Source: a virus
Strand: one strand, 5' to 3'
Length of the DNA stretch: 64,000 nucleotides
Virus record (IMG/VR): IMGVR_UViG_3300002835_000013
Both the position numbers and the translations under genes were made by a program. Below, one piece after another: positions 31,843 through 42,500 of the stretch. The notes beneath the pieces were generated by a model that worked only from the letters and a program-made list of their open reading frames with translations, was not told the origin of the DNA and ran no database searches. The number at the start of each line of letters is the position of its first letter. Position 1 is the first letter of the stretch.

Positions 31843-33174
31843 TTAGAAACTTAGTAGAATTTTGAAATCTTCGTTCTGGTCGATTGAACGCTCGATAGGA
31901 ACTATATGATCTATATATAAAAGTTTTCCAGTATATGCTTCCATATCAGGTAATTGAACCGAACTAACATATCTTGATGTTGTCGTGGTATTACCAGTGA
32001 TAATGTCACCCGTTGGTGTGCCCAGAACATTTGTTAGTTTTAATTTAGAGTTTGAGAAGTCCCATTCAGTAACAATTCCTCTAAATGTGGCATTAGCCAG
32101 ACTAGGTCCTTGATAAACCCATTCATCTTCTTGAAAATTAGAAGTTGAGGAAGATTCTGCCATCGTCAATACCGTCAACTGTGATACCGCTGTATTGGAA
32201 ATTGTTCTCGATTCATCTTTAATCAATGGTTCTTCTATAATTGCAATTTGTCTATAATCGTTTTCAACCGTTAGAACGCCACCTTCTCTATTATTAATTT
32301 TTGTATCAATCATTAAATATGATCCACCTAGTTCATACAGTGGATCGGATCCATGACCACCCGGTGGACTGATAATCGCTCTAGCATTTGCACCTGCACC
32401 GGTGACAGATGTTATTCTGACGTTAGCAAATGTGTAGCCCGATCCCTTGCTGTCCACAATAATACTATCAATCTGAAAAGTTGTGATATTTCTGACCGCT
32501 CTAGCATTAGCGAATAGACCATCGCCGGTAATATTTACTGTGATATTATTTCCAGTGTAACCTGCACCACGATTTAATAGAACAATATCATTAATTGAAC
32601 CGTTTACAGCGTTATCTTGGACCTGATATTGGAGCGTGTTATCATCTGATAGGAGAGTTTTCACAGGTATAAAAGAATCAGTTAGAAATCTCTCCTGATC
32701 TTCTGTTGAAACCGAAAACATGTATTTCCAGATATATTTGTCTTGTGTTTGAAACTGTCCTACTGGATTAGTGGATGTCGGTTTAGACGTGGAGGCATTA
32801 CCATAGTTATTACTAATGCATTTATAGACATTGAACTCGTCGGTTAGCACATAAAATGCTGTATTAGCATTTTTATAATCTTTAGAGTCTGCCATATGAT
32901 TATATGCGAAATAAACAGTATTGTTTGTCCAGTTAAAACGTGGCACAACATGACGAATATCGTTACCAGTAATACGCTTACCGCCGATCATATTATTCCA
33001 AACATCGATGAAAGTTGCCTCGGATGTATTAGCCGCCGGTGGATTAGAGTCGTTGGTCCAAGGATACGATCTACCAAAAGTCAGATATAGATTAGCTCCT
33101 GCTGGTTCAGAAACAGACTCACGAAACTGTTTTGCTAGAAATATACCAAAGTCTTTGGAACGAACTGATGCCAT
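31843..33174 (-). CDS. 8: Baseplate wedge gp8
   Basis: VYKCISN, D.YIWKYMF, PPGGHGSDP..ELG and EDFKILLSF motifs. Confidence 0.9.
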   Translation of the reverse strand: MASVRSKDFGIFLAKQFRESVSEPAGANLYLTFGRSYPWTNDSNPPAANTSEATFIDVWNNMIGGKRITGNDIRHVVPRFNWTNNTVYFAYNHMADSKDYKNANTAFYVLTDEFNVYKCISNNYGNASTSKPTSTNPVGQFQTQDKYIWKYMFSVSTEDQERFLTDSFIPVKTLLSDDNTLQYQVQDNAVNGSINDIVLLNRGAGYTGNNITVNITGDGLFANARAVRNITTFQIDSIIVDSKGSGYTFANVRITSVTGAGANARAIISPPGGHGSDPLYELGGSYLMIDTKINNREGGVLTVENDYRQIAIIEEPLIKDESRTISNTAVSQLTVLTMAESSSTSNFQEDEWVYQGPSLANATFRGIVTEWDFSNSKLKLTNVLGTPTGDIITGNTTTTSRYVSSVQLPDMEAYTGKLLYIDHIVPIERSIDQNEDFKILLSF

Positions 33175-33195
33175 TATTTTCTCTCTTTACCTTAT

Positions 33196-36117
33196 TTATA
33201 TGCCAAATCTGCGACGATCTTTATTGAACAATGTTTGTATTTCGGTATTCGATAATACTTTATTATAGATTTCAACGGATGCAACCTTACCTTCGAAGTT
33301 ATATTGTTGGAAACCGGCAAAGCCACCGATGATTAGGTTGCCCGTAGTGTCAGTAATACCATTTGCTGTGCCTGTAGAGATTGCTTTGAATACACCATTT
33401 GAGTACCCACGAATCTTAGAACCATCATAGGTAAATGCCACATGCTGCCATGTATTGGCGTTAAGTGATGGTGTGATAGTTAGTATATTGTTGGCAACGC
33501 CAGGTCTGACCACAACGTAAGGTGCTCCACTACTTGTATCGATATCAAACCCTCTAACGGTTCCGCTTTGCTTAGATACAATTGTCTTAATACCGGAGTT
33601 GTTTGCAAGATTATACCATACAGAAACGGTAATAACGTTGGCAACATTCAATGTGCTAACGTGCTGCATCGTGGCATTACCGTTTGCATAAATGCCTAGA
33701 ACTTCGAGACCAGCAGCCGAGAAATATGCATTTCCTCTGACGTTTGCTCTCTGTGCAGTATTAGCAGCATTATACCAAACATTCTGAGTATTATATAGAA
33801 TATTACCTAGATTGGCTGCCGTATTGCCTGTACCAGTTCTCTTGTCAAATGTTAGATATGTATAGGTAGATGATGGAGTATAACTAAATGTATTTGATGT
33901 GCTAAACTTGGCAATCAAATTTTTGTATACTGAATCTGTTGTGATGAATGCATTGACAATATTCGCCGAGACATTTTCTTGATTTTTGTCTACATATTCG
34001 TGCTGACCAAACAAAATCATACCAGAAGGATGTGCCAGTTCTTTGATAGCTTTTCTATATTTTTCCAACGAAACATCGGATCTAATAACATAAGAATATG
34101 GCTGATAATAGTCTCTATCCTGAATAAAATTATATCCAGAAAGATGACCGTCGTCATTGATATATCTACCAGGATATGTGTAAATGCCTGTAACGATATT
34201 AGCGAATGCCTGTGCGGTACCGTCGCCTTGTGTAGATAGATCAAGAATTGGATTTGTTAGATATCCTGCGCCACCAGATACAATTCTTAATCTTTCAATC
34301 GTACCAATGACGTTTGATTGGGCTTCAAGTAGTTCACCATCGCCAATAATAGCGGTAACCATAATGTTAGCACCATTACCAGTAGTGGTAATAACATTTG
34401 CTCTTGGCAGATAAGCCTGTGAATATCCGGCGCCGCCTTCGTCATATCCAGGTCTTGTTGTAAATGCGACTTGCTGAATTGTACCATTGGCATCTACAAG
34501 AGAAACAACACCATTGGCTCCTTCGCCGTAGTCACCATATTGATTGATAAACTCGATAATGTTGCCTTGCTGATATCCTCGTCCACCGTCAATAACTTCC
34601 ATGCGACCAAGAATACCAAGAGAACGAACAAAGGTGTTTGATAGAGCGTCAACTGTAGGAAGTTCAACATATCCAGAACCTTGATTGATAATTGCGGTTG
34701 CTACGATAGGTCCGCAGTTATCATATGTCCAATATATCATCGAATCAGCAATGATAGTATTAGAGTTGGGCTTCTTTTTGATTATTAGACTTTGATTTGT
34801 CAATCCACCAGGTAGACCTGGAGATGATACTCTTAAATCAACTCCAAAACGATTGCTTTCGAGAATGATCAACTCGGTGTTAGCAACTACAATAATATCG
34901 CCTGTCTCGAAATAGACATTTGAAGTTTGCATATTACCAGATAGAGTAATCTCGGTAATACCAGATCCCGGAATTGTGTTAACTCTTAGATTAGATGTGT
35001 TTGTGTATATTGTCGCCAGATTAGTATAAGCGAATCCTTCGTTAGGATCGGCGACGTTGCAAATTATTGTGTTGGCCACATCGATAATTCTGGAGCCAAT
35101 AATATCATAATTCGCCGGATGAAATGTCTCGTCTGGATTTACAGAAAAGATATTTGCGGCGGCGTTCTTACCACCACCGCCAGTGAATAGTAGCTGATCA
35201 TTTGCTCTGAATCCTGCGCCAGGTAATGTTACTGTAACAGCCTTGATCTTACCTTCGAGATTAGCTCTAGCGACCTTCGAGATAAAAATCTGTCCACCAG
35301 AACCAGAATTACTAATAATAGGAACACCAGCACCCTGGACATAACCAGAACCAGGAGATGTAACAGTGGCAGAAATAATAATACCAGAGAATAGATTACA
35401 TGATAGAAACTTGACTTCACCGTTTTCCTCAAAGAAGGTGTATATCTGTTCACCATTTTCAAAGTCTTGCTCAACTGCCGAAACTTTAAGTTCGGTGACA
35501 AGAGTACCATTATCATAATACTGATCAACAGATTCCACATCACAAGTAGAGTTAGACGTAGCACCTCTAATTGTCTTGCTCTTGAATATAGAATATGCAG
35601 CATCGTTAGCCACATTATTGACAGCAAAGTCCTTGACATTTAGAGAACGCTCGATAAACCACTTACCGTCTGACGCACGAAGAATGTCATTTTTTGGATA
35701 ATAAAACTGGACCTCTTCTCCAAAGAATGCTCGCATAAGAAACTGAATCGAACGCTCTGAACCACGGGCTCTATAGAAGTCCTTGGCGTGCTTTAGAAAT
35801 AGAACCTTGTCTGCCAGAATAGTGTCAGGAATAAGAGATGCGTAATTATCATACATCTTTTGAAGGAAGGCATGATAATCGTTTTCTTCTTCTAGATAAT
35901 GTTCCTCACCAATCAACAAATCATGGTCAATGTCTGCCTTGATTTCATCGATGTCCAGATACTTTGGAAAGTTTTTGGAAACATACAACATGTTTCCGTC
36001 TCTTTCAAGAAACTTGTAATAATACTCCAAAAATTCCACAAATAGACCATGTTCGTCTCTAACGAATCCTGGTAGCTGTGATTTTACTAGAACTGAGGTT
36101 TTATTATTTGAACTCAT
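33196..36117 (-). CDS. 7: Baseplate wedge gp7-like protein with C-terminal LamG/concanavalin-like domain
   Basis: SQLPGFV, FYRARGSE, IQDRDYYQPYSYVIRS and HPSG motifs; LamG-like WQHVAFTYDG...LSNTEI. Confidence 0.8.
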   Translation of the reverse strand: MSSNNKTSVLVKSQLPGFVRDEHGLFVEFLEYYYKFLERDGNMLYVSKNFPKYLDIDEIKADIDHDLLIGEEHYLEEENDYHAFLQKMYDNYASLIPDTILADKVLFLKHAKDFYRARGSERSIQFLMRAFFGEEVQFYYPKNDILRASDGKWFIERSLNVKDFAVNNVANDAAYSIFKSKTIRGATSNSTCDVESVDQYYDNGTLVTELKVSAVEQDFENGEQIYTFFEENGEVKFLSCNLFSGIIISATVTSPGSGYVQGAGVPIISNSGSGGQIFISKVARANLEGKIKAVTVTLPGAGFRANDQLLFTGGGGKNAAANIFSVNPDETFHPANYDIIGSRIIDVANTIICNVADPNEGFAYTNLATIYTNTSNLRVNTIPGSGITEITLSGNMQTSNVYFETGDIIVVANTELIILESNRFGVDLRVSSPGLPGGLTNQSLIIKKKPNSNTIIADSMIYWTYDNCGPIVATAIINQGSGYVELPTVDALSNTFVRSLGILGRMEVIDGGRGYQQGNIIEFINQYGDYGEGANGVVSLVDANGTIQQVAFTTRPGYDEGGAGYSQAYLPRANVITTTGNGANIMVTAIIGDGELLEAQSNVIGTIERLRIVSGGAGYLTNPILDLSTQGDGTAQAFANIVTGIYTYPGRYINDDGHLSGYNFIQDRDYYQPYSYVIRSDVSLEKYRKAIKELAHPSGMILFGQHEYVDKNQENVSANIVNAFITTDSVYKNLIAKFSTSNTFSYTPSSTYTYLTFDKRTGTGNTAANLGNILYNTQNVWYNAANTAQRANVRGNAYFSAAGLEVLGIYANGNATMQHVSTLNVANVITVSVWYNLANNSGIKTIVSKQSGTVRGFDIDTSSGAPYVVVRPGVANNILTITPSLNANTWQHVAFTYDGSKIRGYSNGVFKAISTGTANGITDTTGNLIIGGFAGFQQYNFEGKVASVEIYNKVLSNTEIQTLFNKDRRRFGI

Positions 36118-38198
36118 GATGTCTCTGGAATTAGCTCAAGCTGAATGGCCTGAATATTGTTAGTATCAATTGCTAGAATACGATTTCTTAGTGGCTCAAT
36201 GACACCCTGTTCTGGAACAACATTGACGGTCAGAACATCCTGATCATAGAAATCATTTGATGGCATAGACTGAACCAATAGTGAATTTAGTGTGACACGA
36301 CCAGTGGCATAGTTAATATTTCCTGCATTTTCATTGACAAACACCTTTTCACCGTTTGACTTGAAATAATATGCTCTGAGCGTGCCTAGTGTGGATCTTA
36401 GTCTAACAGTTAGAACTGCTCCTGAACCATCAGCATCATTGATGGTCACGAAGGCTCGGGTATAATTGATGCCAGGATTCGTCACCTCAATCTTGACAAT
36501 TCTGCCATTGACAATAGTGGCGACTGCTTCTGCGCCAGTTCCGTCACCAGTGATAGTTAGCTTTGAACCAGAAGAATAATTGATTCCTGGTGCCACGATT
36601 TCAATCGAATCGATGCCAGTGAAGGACTCTGGTGTTTCTTCCAACAAAACATCTCGTCTAACATTGGTAATGTCATTGATACCTAATGTAGGATAAGAGT
36701 ATAGTTTAAAGTTATAGTCACCTTTTCTTAGAGGTGTATTATAGTTGAGAACATAATTGTTTCTGTCACCAATCTCAATCTTTTGTCTCTTTTGCATAAA
36801 GATATCGATATCGGAAGATGTGATTGATGGTTCTGCCTGCTCGATATAGCTCTGAAGTTTAGATAGCTTAAATGTTGATTTAAAAGTATATAGTTCTGTG
36901 ACGGCGTAATCGTAAATCGCTTCCTTAATAATATTATTGATCTGCCCCTGCGAGCGTGTGGTCAGATTAGGATTATATCTAACCTTTCCACGAATTAGTA
37001 GGAATATGAAGTCAGGATCGACAATCTCCGGATCGACAGTCAGAACATTACGGTTTCTGATAACTGTATTTCTGATTTCTTCTTTTTCAACATTTGTTAG
37101 TGTGAAATAGCCAGTGGTCTTTAGTGACATAAAGACTCTACCGTATACAGGTGGATCATTTTCCTCGCCGCCCCATACTGATACTGCCTCGATGTTTGGA
37201 TAATTCTTGGTTAGAATAGTCTCATAGTCCATCTTGGTGACAGCACGATTTTGTGCGACATAATAATTAGGCGCACGGAACTTGATCTGATCTACTGTTT
37301 CTTTTTCAGCGCCATTGATGGATGCTTCCACCAAAGTAATTCTAACATTATTCTTATAACCAGCAATACCGTCGCCATCAGTAGGAGCAAACTTGACAAT
37401 ATTATTTGCCTTAGTTCCTACTGTGTCAAGATATGTCACCTGAACGATATTTCCATTTGCTGGTCTCTTGCCGATAACATCATCACCGAAATAGATAGAG
37501 TAGTTTAGACTGTGATCTTCTTCCACGAAATAAACTGTTGAGTTGGCCTTGAGGTCAACAAAGTCTCCAGCAAGTGTGTATTGTGTAATCTGTGTGTTTG
37601 AGTTGGACTCCTGAACAGAAACGATAAGAGTTGATGTATCCACATTAGAAGATGGAATCTGAAATCGTCTGGCTGTATTATTTGCGGTAACAGGAAACTG
37701 ACGAGTTACAACTTCGCCCTGTCTAATAACCACGTTGGAGAAAGTAAAAGATCCATTTGTCTTGACAGCGGTGTTAGAATTGACTGCCACGAACGGATAG
37801 TTGACCTGATCCTTGTCAGCACCAAGAAAGTTCGTCCACTTGTCTAGTGTGATAAATTGTGCGTCCTGATCTTCATTAGGACCTGGAGTAACGACAACAT
37901 TGATCTTTGCCATAGCGCCACGCTTTGACATAGGAACATAGTTAACTAGCTTGGCATGAGATAGAACATTGTTTCGAATCTGTGCAGTATCTAGAAACGA
38001 CTCGTTAGCGGCCATGTTTAGATAAAAGGCATTGTAATATGTATTATAGGCCAGAATGTCAAGAAGCACAGACATACCAGAACCTTCGAAGTCATAGTCC
38101 TGAAATGTTGCTTGATTTCGGAGATAATCTTTAAGATTCTCACGAATAGAAAAGAAGTCTAGGTCTGCAACTTTGAGTGCATTATTGGAAGTTGCCAT
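36114..38198 (-). CDS. 6: Baseplate wedge gp6
   Basis: DYDFEGSGMSVLLDILAYNT, QNRAVT..DY and WGGEENDPP motifs. Confidence 0.95.
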   Translation of the reverse strand: MATSNNALKVADLDFFSIRENLKDYLRNQATFQDYDFEGSGMSVLLDILAYNTYYNAFYLNMAANESFLDTAQIRNNVLSHAKLVNYVPMSKRGAMAKINVVVTPGPNEDQDAQFITLDKWTNFLGADKDQVNYPFVAVNSNTAVKTNGSFTFSNVVIRQGEVVTRQFPVTANNTARRFQIPSSNVDTSTLIVSVQESNSNTQITQYTLAGDFVDLKANSTVYFVEEDHSLNYSIYFGDDVIGKRPANGNIVQVTYLDTVGTKANNIVKFAPTDGDGIAGYKNNVRITLVEASINGAEKETVDQIKFRAPNYYVAQNRAVTKMDYETILTKNYPNIEAVSVWGGEENDPPVYGRVFMSLKTTGYFTLTNVEKEEIRNTVIRNRNVLTVDPEIVDPDFIFLLIRGKVRYNPNLTTRSQGQINNIIKEAIYDYAVTELYTFKSTFKLSKLQSYIEQAEPSITSSDIDIFMQKRQKIEIGDRNNYVLNYNTPLRKGDYNFKLYSYPTLGINDITNVRRDVLLEETPESFTGIDSIEIVAPGINYSSGSKLTITGDGTGAEAVATIVNGRIVKIEVTNPGINYTRAFVTINDADGSGAVLTVRLRSTLGTLRAYYFKSNGEKVFVNENAGNINYATGRVTLNSLLVQSMPSNDFYDQDVLTVNVVPEQGVIEPLRNRILAIDTNNIQAIQLELIPETS

Positions 38199-38203
38199 GA
38201 TTT

Positions 38204-38605
38204 TTAACGAATCCTTTCGAGAAACAATGATGTTACTACAGGTAGATTATTGTTTAGTATAATATATTCCAAGCGAACGTTGAAGCCATATTCGTCTTCG
38301 TCGTATGATACCTCTACATTTTGCAGTCTGACTCTTGGCTCATAGTTTTCGATACAGACTCTAATAACTTTCTCCAGAACAATCTGTGATGCGGAAGTCG
38401 ATGGTTCAAACAATAATGATGTTACATCCGATCCAACTCTTGGACGAAAAGGTCTTTCATAAAAATTAGTCTTAATCAGATTGCGTATCGAACGCTTGAT
38501 CGCCGCTTCGCCTTTAATAACGTTAACGTCATTTGTAGATGGATTTCTAAGAAAGTCCATATCTAGGTCAGCGTAATCTGGTTGTCTGCTAATTTGACTT
38601 GACAT
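38204..38605 (-). CDS. 25: Baseplate wedge / sheath initiator gp25
   Basis: AIKRSIRNL..T..YERPF and YEPRV motifs. Confidence 0.93.
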   Translation of the reverse strand: MSSQISRQPDYADLDMDFLRNPSTNDVNVIKGEAAIKRSIRNLIKTNFYERPFRPRVGSDVTSLLFEPSTSASQIVLEKVIRVCIENYEPRVRLQNVEVSYDEDEYGFNVRLEYIILNNNLPVVTSLFLERIR

Positions 38606-38630
38606 TGAATGCCCTTTATATTTTTATTAT

Positions 38631-39842
38631 TTATGTTCTGTCCAGTTGATTGATCCATGGATCTTCTGGTTCTTCTTGCGGCTGACTAGCTCTTTCAGAA
38701 CGACGATCACCGACGCCCTGTGCTTGATCGCCAGTTAGGAAGTTAAATGCCAATTGACCCAAACCACCAAATGTTGGTGTTCCACCAGGTGCGAGATTTA
38801 ATAGACCGCCCAGAGGTTCGATATTTACGCCAGAGGAACCGCCAATAACGTTTGTTGTCGCTGTGCCATTTCCTACTGTTGTGCCGCCGCCTCCTTCGAT
38901 TGCAGCATGTTGTCCAGCGGTAACGTGAACATCGCTAGAGTCAGACTTAACTTCAACTTTACCTTGCATTGCTCTAGTAGAAATATTACCTTGATCGGCT
39001 TTATGCTGAATATTGCCTTGCTGTGATTGTACCGTATAATCTTGCTTGGCTGTAGTTGTAATACCCTTATTAGTAGAAGTTGTGGTGATTTCTTCGTCAG
39101 CCGTGTGATCTGTCTTACCGTCTTTGTGTAGAATTTTGACTTCTTTACCATTGCTGGCGTATTTCTGATCTGACTTGCCGTCTTTAGTCTCATGGAACAT
39201 ATCACCCTTTTCATTGAAGAAGGACATATCGCCTTCTTGTGTTACTGCACCATGTAGACCCGACGCTCCAGCCAAGAAAGTTGATCCTGCTTGTGAGGCT
39301 ACGGTAGTAGAATCTTTAGAAACATAAGCAGCCGCTCCATGTGCTTGATAGTTAATAGAGCCTTCGACCTTCTTATTGACGTTTTTGGCTTGCGTATCCA
39401 TGTTGCCACGGATCTGTCTGTTCATATTCTTGGATGTAACATTCATATCACCCATGACAGCCAGATTAAAGTTCTTATGGCATGTAAGATTATAGTCACC
39501 ATAGACACGGAGAGACGCATCACCTTTTACAGTGATATCTTGGGCGCCAGATATAGTAATGCGATTTTCGCCGAATGTTATTTCATACTTTGAATTATGT
39601 GCCGTAAGATGCATTGCACCATCAGGAAATAGTTCGACACCAGTTCCAGAACGATGCTGGAACCACATCGATTCGTGTCCCTTTGTAGCGTCAGCACCCC
39701 AGTTATTACCTGAGCGATCCTTCCAAGCAAAGTAATTAGGATTTTCACCAGCACCTTTACCTTTTCGTGCTGTCTCACGAATATTATATGGATCTTCTGG
39801 TGTTGTGCCTGCTGGCTTATCATTACTTTTGGCTGCCATCAT
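38631..39842 (-). CDS. gp5 C-terminal-like spike (beta-helix) protein
   Basis: RSGNNWGADATKGHE...HRSGTGVELFPDG resembles the gp5 SGH..E.DDT.G.E..H.SG motif; followed by VxGD/GN repeats. Confidence 0.65.
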   Translation of the reverse strand: MMAAKSNDKPAGTTPEDPYNIRETARKGKGAGENPNYFAWKDRSGNNWGADATKGHESMWFQHRSGTGVELFPDGAMHLTAHNSKYEITFGENRITISGAQDITVKGDASLRVYGDYNLTCHKNFNLAVMGDMNVTSKNMNRQIRGNMDTQAKNVNKKVEGSINYQAHGAAAYVSKDSTTVASQAGSTFLAGASGLHGAVTQEGDMSFFNEKGDMFHETKDGKSDQKYASNGKEVKILHKDGKTDHTADEEITTTSTNKGITTTAKQDYTVQSQQGNIQHKADQGNISTRAMQGKVEVKSDSSDVHVTAGQHAAIEGGGGTTVGNGTATTNVIGGSSGVNIEPLGGLLNLAPGGTPTFGGLGQLAFNFLTGDQAQGVGDRRSERASQPQEEPEDPWINQLDRT

Positions 39843-39852
39843 TTATCTCCTA

Positions 39853-41256
39853 TTAAAAATCGCCAAAGTTAAAATCGATACTAAATTGATCGGTTCCAAC
39901 ACCACCAGTCTTACTCTTATAATTTTCTTTCTTCAATGGCTCTCCGCCTTCTGCGGTCTCTTTATAAATCTCATGTAGTTTTTTGGCTGTTTCACTTTGA
40001 TTTAGAGTCTTGTGCATTTTCTTGGCTTCTTTTTCTTGTTTAGGGGAAAGTCTCTTAAACAACTCTTGCATAATTTGAGAAGACTTACCAAACATTTGCT
40101 GCATCATTGAGCCAGCTTGTCCACCTTGTCCTCCGCTACTTGGAGGAGGAGCAAAACCAGCACCACCAGGAGACTGCGTAGGACTTGAAATGACATTTGC
40201 CCAGCTATTCATATTGTTCATCGTATTACCTGTGTAAATAATACCGATGTTGCCTTCGAAATCTACAACTTGTGTGATTGCACCGTGGGCTGTGTCTAGT
40301 GTATATTCTACAGGCTCCAGCTTATCTTGACCAAATAGTTCTGTGTCCCACTGAAGTCTCTGCATCGTATTCATCAAATCATCGATGGTAGTGACTTGTG
40401 ACAGTAGATTAGCAGAGTTTTCTAGAAATGTTTCTTCGTGAACCACGCCGCCAGTAACGAACCCAATACCTTCAGATGTGTCTAGTCCTTGCACAAGTTT
40501 TGACAAACTATTGATAGCTGTACCAACTTGCGGATTAACGCTACTCATAATGCCTTGTATGTAGGTATTATTGTTATTACCTCCACGACCCTTGCTTGCT
40601 AGTCCCTGGAACATTTGCGCCATAGACATGACCTGTCCAGCAAGCTGCTGAAACATTTGATTGGTCATCATCTTGTCGTTTTTTGTTTTAGCTGTTGGAA
40701 CTTGTTTAATCTCTGGCTGAAAAAATCCAGTCATTTGGAACAAAGCGCCGTGAATTGGCAGTCCATCGAGCAAATCTAGAGAATGCTCTTCGCCTTTTTC
40801 TTTAATCTTTCGGATCCTTGCACCACGTTCTGTCGTCTCTTGAATCTGTGGTGGAATACTAACAGGAATCTTTTCGGACTTTAGCTGTTGCATGATTGGT
40901 CCGTTCATAATATCAGAACCACCACCTCCAGCGCCTTCACCACCTTTTCTGACAGTATTAGACATACCAAGAATAACACCACCAGCTTCGCCTGCCTGCT
41001 TCAATACATATACGATTGTTCCTGGATCAGGTGGTCCCATAAAGCTATTCTGTCCAAAAGCAGTTGGTAGTGCGGATAATCCAGAGAACCACAAATCTTC
41101 GAGATTAACATCTTGTTGAGAATGACGCATTGGATCAAAGATTGGTGCTGCACCATCTTGTCTTTCAGAAGTGCCTGTGACGCTATTCTTATTACCACCA
41201 GCGATGACCATTGGTGTAATTTCACCTTTAGGATGTGAAGGAAAACTCTTGCTCAT
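39853..41256 (-). CDS. Putative gp5 N-terminal (OB-fold-like) hub protein, divergent
   Basis: GPPDPGTIVYV...GVILG resembles the gp5 OB-fold end; position between hub and spike; ATG overlaps the upstream stop codon. Confidence 0.45.
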   Translation of the reverse strand: MSKSFPSHPKGEITPMVIAGGNKNSVTGTSERQDGAAPIFDPMRHSQQDVNLEDLWFSGLSALPTAFGQNSFMGPPDPGTIVYVLKQAGEAGGVILGMSNTVRKGGEGAGGGGSDIMNGPIMQQLKSEKIPVSIPPQIQETTERGARIRKIKEKGEEHSLDLLDGLPIHGALFQMTGFFQPEIKQVPTAKTKNDKMMTNQMFQQLAGQVMSMAQMFQGLASKGRGGNNNNTYIQGIMSSVNPQVGTAINSLSKLVQGLDTSEGIGFVTGGVVHEETFLENSANLLSQVTTIDDLMNTMQRLQWDTELFGQDKLEPVEYTLDTAHGAITQVVDFEGNIGIIYTGNTMNNMNSWANVISSPTQSPGGAGFAPPPSSGGQGGQAGSMMQQMFGKSSQIMQELFKRLSPKQEKEAKKMHKTLNQSETAKKLHEIYKETAEGGEPLKKENYKSKTGGVGTDQFSIDFNFGDF

Positions 41257-42500
41257 TATACTATTCCTTGTCCTACAGTTGTTGCCACACAATCTAGCGT
41301 GGTTGTGGCATAACCACCAAGATAAATTCTATGTGACATAGACGAAATCATATAGTTACCTGAACCATATAGAAGCTGTGAACCCTCTTGCTTATCAAAT
41401 AATCTAAACTCAATAACATCGCCTGCGTGTAACTCTGGATTCCATGGTGCGATTAGACGCAATGCGATCTTGTCTTTTTCGAGTAGACCCATTCTGGCCT
41501 GTCTTCTCAATAGATGCTTTTCAACGTCCGTTTCGCAACCATTTTGCTGCTGCGCTGTGCCTTTATTTGTTAGCGATTGCTTGAAATTACCGTTCTGAAT
41601 ACAGCCAGACATGGTGCCATTTAGATAGCTACCAGTGGCATCTGACACATTTAGAAATGATCCTGAATTGATATTTCGTCCATTTTCATCTAGACCATTT
41701 AGCAAGTCAGACAATAGATCATAATCACAGGGGAAGCTGAAGTGAATAACTTTCTCGCCATCTTTGTCTCGCTGAAACGAAACATCTCCCTGATTATATC
41801 CCTGACCACCAGCATAACCTGTTTCTGTGTGATAGTATATTGCCTTCGGTGTTTGATTTGCTAATTGTTTTAGTGATTTAAAATGATGTCTGGCTTCCCA
41901 TCCGTTTTGTCTATTACCATATGTCATAAAGTGAACGAATGATGGATCATCGCCGTCAAGCGCCATATTTGCTTGCTGCTGGACAACCTGAAATGGATGA
42001 ATCATCTCGGCGATGTAGTCACGACCAGGACTAGACTCCTGAATATCTGGATTATTAGCACCAACACAACTCTCTAGAACATATCTGACGACCTGATCTG
42101 GTGTGGTACAACTCCATGATTTACTAACCAGCGTCTTGGCGTCTCTCAACAATGTAACATCGCAGGCATGAAAAGTCATTTCTTCTATCTGACCGACATT
42201 GATTTTTAGTTCACGATTATCCAGACGATAGATTGTCTGGGCGATTTTCATTTCATCGCCTATCTTGTTTCTCATATCCAAAAACATAACCTGATTTTTG
42301 GTCGCATCCCAGTTTTTGAATATACGATTATTATATACCTTAGACTGAAAAGTAGCGGAAGTCTGTAGTCCTGGTGTTAGTAGGCTCTCGGAAGCAGTTA
42401 TCTCTTTACAAATAATATCCTCATAGTTATCAGCACCACCCAGTGTTCCTGATATAGTAACCGTTCGTAGTTCATTATTCATGACAGAATTAGCCGCCAT
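41256..42500 (-). CDS. Baseplate hub protein, gp27-like
   Basis: ESLLTPG N-terminal motif; AGDVIEF...SGNYMISSMSH C-terminal motif; located between gp53 and the gp5-like genes. Confidence 0.6.
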   Translation of the reverse strand: MAANSVMNNELRTVTISGTLGGADNYEDIICKEITASESLLTPGLQTSATFQSKVYNNRIFKNWDATKNQVMFLDMRNKIGDEMKIAQTIYRLDNRELKINVGQIEEMTFHACDVTLLRDAKTLVSKSWSCTTPDQVVRYVLESCVGANNPDIQESSPGRDYIAEMIHPFQVVQQQANMALDGDDPSFVHFMTYGNRQNGWEARHHFKSLKQLANQTPKAIYYHTETGYAGGQGYNQGDVSFQRDKDGEKVIHFSFPCDYDLLSDLLNGLDENGRNINSGSFLNVSDATGSYLNGTMSGCIQNGNFKQSLTNKGTAQQQNGCETDVEKHLLRRQARMGLLEKDKIALRLIAPWNPELHAGDVIEFRLFDKQEGSQLLYGSGNYMISSMSHRIYLGGYATTTLDCVATTVGQGIV

